NCBI RefSeq assembly: GCF_009914755.1
Contig: NC_060941.1
Source of the DNA: the human T2T-CHM13v2.0 reference genome, Homo sapiens
Reading direction: 5' to 3' (one strand)
Length of the DNA stretch: 64,000 nucleotides
Shown here: in pieces, positions 60,490 through 64,000 of the stretch
Position numbering within the stretch: the first letter of the stretch is position 1
Layout of the letters: the number at the start of each line of letters is the position of its first letter
Notes under the pieces: generated by a model
Database searches by the model: none
Seen by the model: only the letters and a program-made list of their open reading frames with translations
Told to the model about the DNA's origin: nothing
Translations under genes and position numbers: made by a program

Positions 60490-63199
60490 CTATTGTTAAC
60501 ATTTTACATTACTCTAGACAAGTTCAGGGTGGTGTGGCCATAGACTTACATTACTGTAGTCCATTTGTTGCAACTAAGGAGCCAGCATTGTTACACTACT
60601 GTTAACTAAACTCTACACTTTATTCATATTCCACTAATTTTTCCTAATGACTTTTTCCTATTCCTGGATCCCATCCAGGGTGCCACATTGCACTCAATCA
60701 TCGTGTCTCCTTAGCCCCCCAGTCTGTGACAGTTTCTCAGGCTTTCCTTGGCTTTGGTGACCGTGACAGTTTTGAGTAGTAGGGGTGAAGTTCTTTGTAG
60801 AACATCCATTGCTTTGGGTTGTTCTGATGTTTTTCTCCTGGTTAGGCTGGGGTTACGGTTTTCTGGGGGAGGACCACCCTAGAGGTGAATAAAGGCACCA
60901 TTTTTAAATTGCTGTGAGGTGCCCTGAACTAAGAAGTGAGACCAAATCTACCAGGGCTATTCAGAAAAAAATCAGAGAAATCTTACTTTTGAGGTCTTTA
61001 AATGGTAGTGGTGGGGTATAGAAGGATTCCTTGGAAATTTTTTCCTAAGGAAGTTGTTTGTTGCCTATCATCATGGTGGTGACTAAATGAGCCTTTATCT
61101 GACATATAGACAAGATTTGACATTTGTTCTTTTCCTCCCCATTGGCTCTAGAGTGTGGCCTTGGGTGAGTCAAGCCTTCTTCCTTGGCCTCTATAGAATT
61201 AGGAAGTTGGAGCTAATGACCTTGGAGGCCTCTTTCCACTGTAATGGCTTATGCTATAATAGGTGGCCCATAACTCCCCTCAACATCTGTGAATTCCAAA
61301 GTTGGGCTCCCCTCTGCTCCTCTATCAGTCCAGGCTGTTTGTATTCAGGTGACATGTGCCCCTAGGGACGTGGCCCACCCCAACCCCCTTTTCAAAGCCT
61401 TCCTTGCAGACAAACACACACACAAAAACAAGCCCTAGATATTTGCAGCATGGATCTCCACTTCGAGGCACTCAGTGAACATTCCAGGGCAGCAGTGCCC
61501 AGAGCCGGACCCCTGCCCTGGCCATCCCTGCAGCCCTGCTGACACAGCACAAGAGCCAGCATGGCCAGGGTCACAGGCAGACCTACACGCCACACCATGC
61601 TGGAGGCTCTTTCACCCCAAGGGGCTGTTTTGGTTCAGCAGCTCCTGTGTCTTGAATAAGTTAATCACTGATGACAAGAGATTAATTTATAACCGGACAG
61701 CAGACAAGATAGTTCGGGCTTTGGCGAGGTGGCACTGAACTGTGGCGCAGGGCATTGCTCAAAAGACACCTGGGTCTGCAGCTTGGTGCAGAGGCTGGGA
61801 ACTTCAGATCCTCACCGGTTCCCCAGAGGCCACTTGGTCCAAAGAGAGGAAACACGTGCTGAGGACTTCTGTTTCCTCTCTCCAGCACATTTACTTGTAG
61901 AAAACATGTCCAGGCAACAGGCAGGCCCGTTAGAAAAGTCCAGTTAAGAGAGAGCACCGGCATGCCAACCCAGCCCAGGCCCATTGGAGGAAGAGGGAGA
62001 GGGGTGGGGAGAGAGGAAGTCATGGAAAGATGTGGAAGGATAGATGGGAGCCTGGGGTGAGAGCTCATTCCTACAGCCTGAGTCACCCAGCGTGTGGATT
62101 CTCCCCTCCAGCTCAGGCAGGGCTCAGGCAGGTCTTTGAGGATCTGCCCTCCCATCCCACAGGCATCCTCTCTGTTGTTTCTAACGTTAACCTCCTCATT
62201 CTGGGCTCAAAAAAGAAAAAAGATGGAAGTGCAGCATGATGTGCAGGCCTCTCTGGGGCCTGACCTTCATGCTCCAGATACTGCTTTTATATTAAGTAAG
62301 GTGACCCTTCTCTGCCACACTGGAGATGCGTGGCTGTAGATATTGGCTTTAGGGACTACTATTTCTGCCAGCTTCAGCAGTCTCCTATATCCAGCCAGGA
62401 TAGTTTAGAGTTCTTAAATCAGGCCTATTTATCAAAGAAGTCCATGGCAATACTTCCCTGATGGCCATGGGACCTCAGGAGCCCACAGTCTAACTAGAGA
62501 AAGAACATGAGAAAGAGGGAGACAGGAAATGGGACTGAAAATAGGATGGAAGCTGCATGAAAAATGGGGGTGCAGAGGAACTCCTCTGGGGACTGCCAAA
62601 ATATGGGCTTCTTACCTAAAAGGGCTCTGGGAGCCCAGCTGAGTGGTGGGTGACTTACGCTTGATCGTCCCCCAGGAATGGATTCTTGTCATTTGGATTC
62701 AACCCTGCTGCCCTGTCCCCATTTGTTCACCCCATGTGCACCAATGTCTCTGTCTCTGTCTTTGTTTATGTCATTCCCTTGACCCAGAATGCCCTTCCCA
62801 GCCATCAAGACCTGGCTGGGACATCATTTGTGCTGGAAAGCCTTCCACAGATCTTTATGTGGGACCTCCTTCTCTTTGGTCCCCGTGCTTCTTTGTATCT
62901 ATTGCAACAGTATCTGTTGGTTCTGATAGGCAGATTCGTGTCACCTGGGGGACCTTGTTAAATACACAAATCCTAGCCCTGAATCACAATCTCTTGGGGT
63001 GGGTTTTGGGAAGCTGCTTTCATTGGTCTTCATATGTGTTTTGAATGCCTAGCCAGGGTTGGATATGTCTTTTCTGGACTGTGTCTCCTGGGGGTGGGCA
63101 CAGAACTTACATCATGGTGACCACATGTCACTGTGCCCAGACAGCCTCCTAGGCCTGGCAAAAAGGGATGCAGAGTGCAAGGCCCACACCCTTTAATTC

Positions 63200-63470
63200 A
63201 CACCATTTTAATTCATTCATAGTTCCTGCTTCATGCCCCAGACACTATGCTGGGTCCTGGGGATACAAGAGCAAAACCCAACATAGTTTGCCTTCACACG
63301 GCTTCCAGTCTAACGGGGGGAGAATAGAGGTGACTCAAATTCCCTACACCCACATAATTACAAAGTGCAGCTTGAGTGTTGTAAAGGAAAAACAAAGGTG
63401 CTCAGAGAACCTGCAATGGGGACTCTGATGTAGGCTGGGAGGTCAGGGAAGGCTGAGGAGAGCCCGAAAG
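63200..63470 (-). mobile_element. L2 3' end relic
   Basis: attcatt...ccagacactatgctgggtcctggggataca...gggaggtcagggaaggct. Confidence 0.65.
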
Positions 63471-64000
63471 GAGGGGCAGTAAAGGAGGGGAGGGGCTGGA
63501 AACAGTCTCTTACTGGGGTCTTCTCAGAACTGTGTTCATTTAGGCCAGCTGGGAGGCATTAGGGTGTAAGCTCCTCTACAGACACCCAAGATCGTTTCCC
63601 CATCTTCTCCCCACGCCTGCCCCGCCACCCAGCCTTCACTTCTGCTTTCCTGCCATCTGCTCTTGCTGTGAGCCTTTGGGAGCTGTTGTGTTTGTTAACA
63701 AAGGAAAGACCCATTTTTCCATGCTGAGTGGCTGCCTGCTAGCATATACAGTGCCTCTACTGAATTACCAAAAGGTGCACCTCCATTTGAACTGACCTAA
63801 CCTTGCACTGAACACATGACTTGGCCGGTGGAGCTCAGGCTGGATTTAAGCAGCTACTCCTGCCTCCCCTACCCACTTTTGGCCCAGTGCCCTTGTGCAG
63901 TGAACAACTTGGACAACCTTCTGTAGTGGCCCTGCTGCAGTCTCCTCTTAGGCAGAAAGTTCTGGCTTCTTGGCTCACCCTCACAGCTAGAAGATTCCTT

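Noticed and set aside
61660-61672. HNF1-like gttaatcactgat
   Set aside because: Three mismatches to the palindrome; insufficient alone.

Overview
Primate (most likely human) non-coding genomic DNA. No intact protein-coding gene, RNA gene, CpG island or CRISPR array is supportable; the long ORFs in the track come from Alu, L1, Tigger1 or simple repeats. The window holds about 34 Alu elements, several L1 fragments, L2/MIR relics, hAT DNA transposons (MER30, MER33, MER5, MER45, MER115/Zaphod), MaLR LTR elements and a MER41B solo LTR. The most structured region is a full-length Tigger1 (~16690-23696) carrying five later insertions. One of them is a tailless, TSD-flanked retrocopy of an mRNA 3' UTR, which was itself hit by a twin-primed L1 and a younger L1PA. 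Other notable signals are a minus-strand 18-nt microexon candidate with a long AG-free polypyrimidine tract and GTAAGT donor (26995-27012), a minus-strand terminal-exon candidate (~5950-6209), two local non-tandem templated duplications, a double Alu inside a single TSD, a very young AluYa-type insertion, and two CTCF motifs. Repeat family names come from recognising consensus sequences from memory, not from a database search. I found no evidence of a wholly new biological system; the findings are candidate splicing/regulatory elements and unusual insertion mechanisms.
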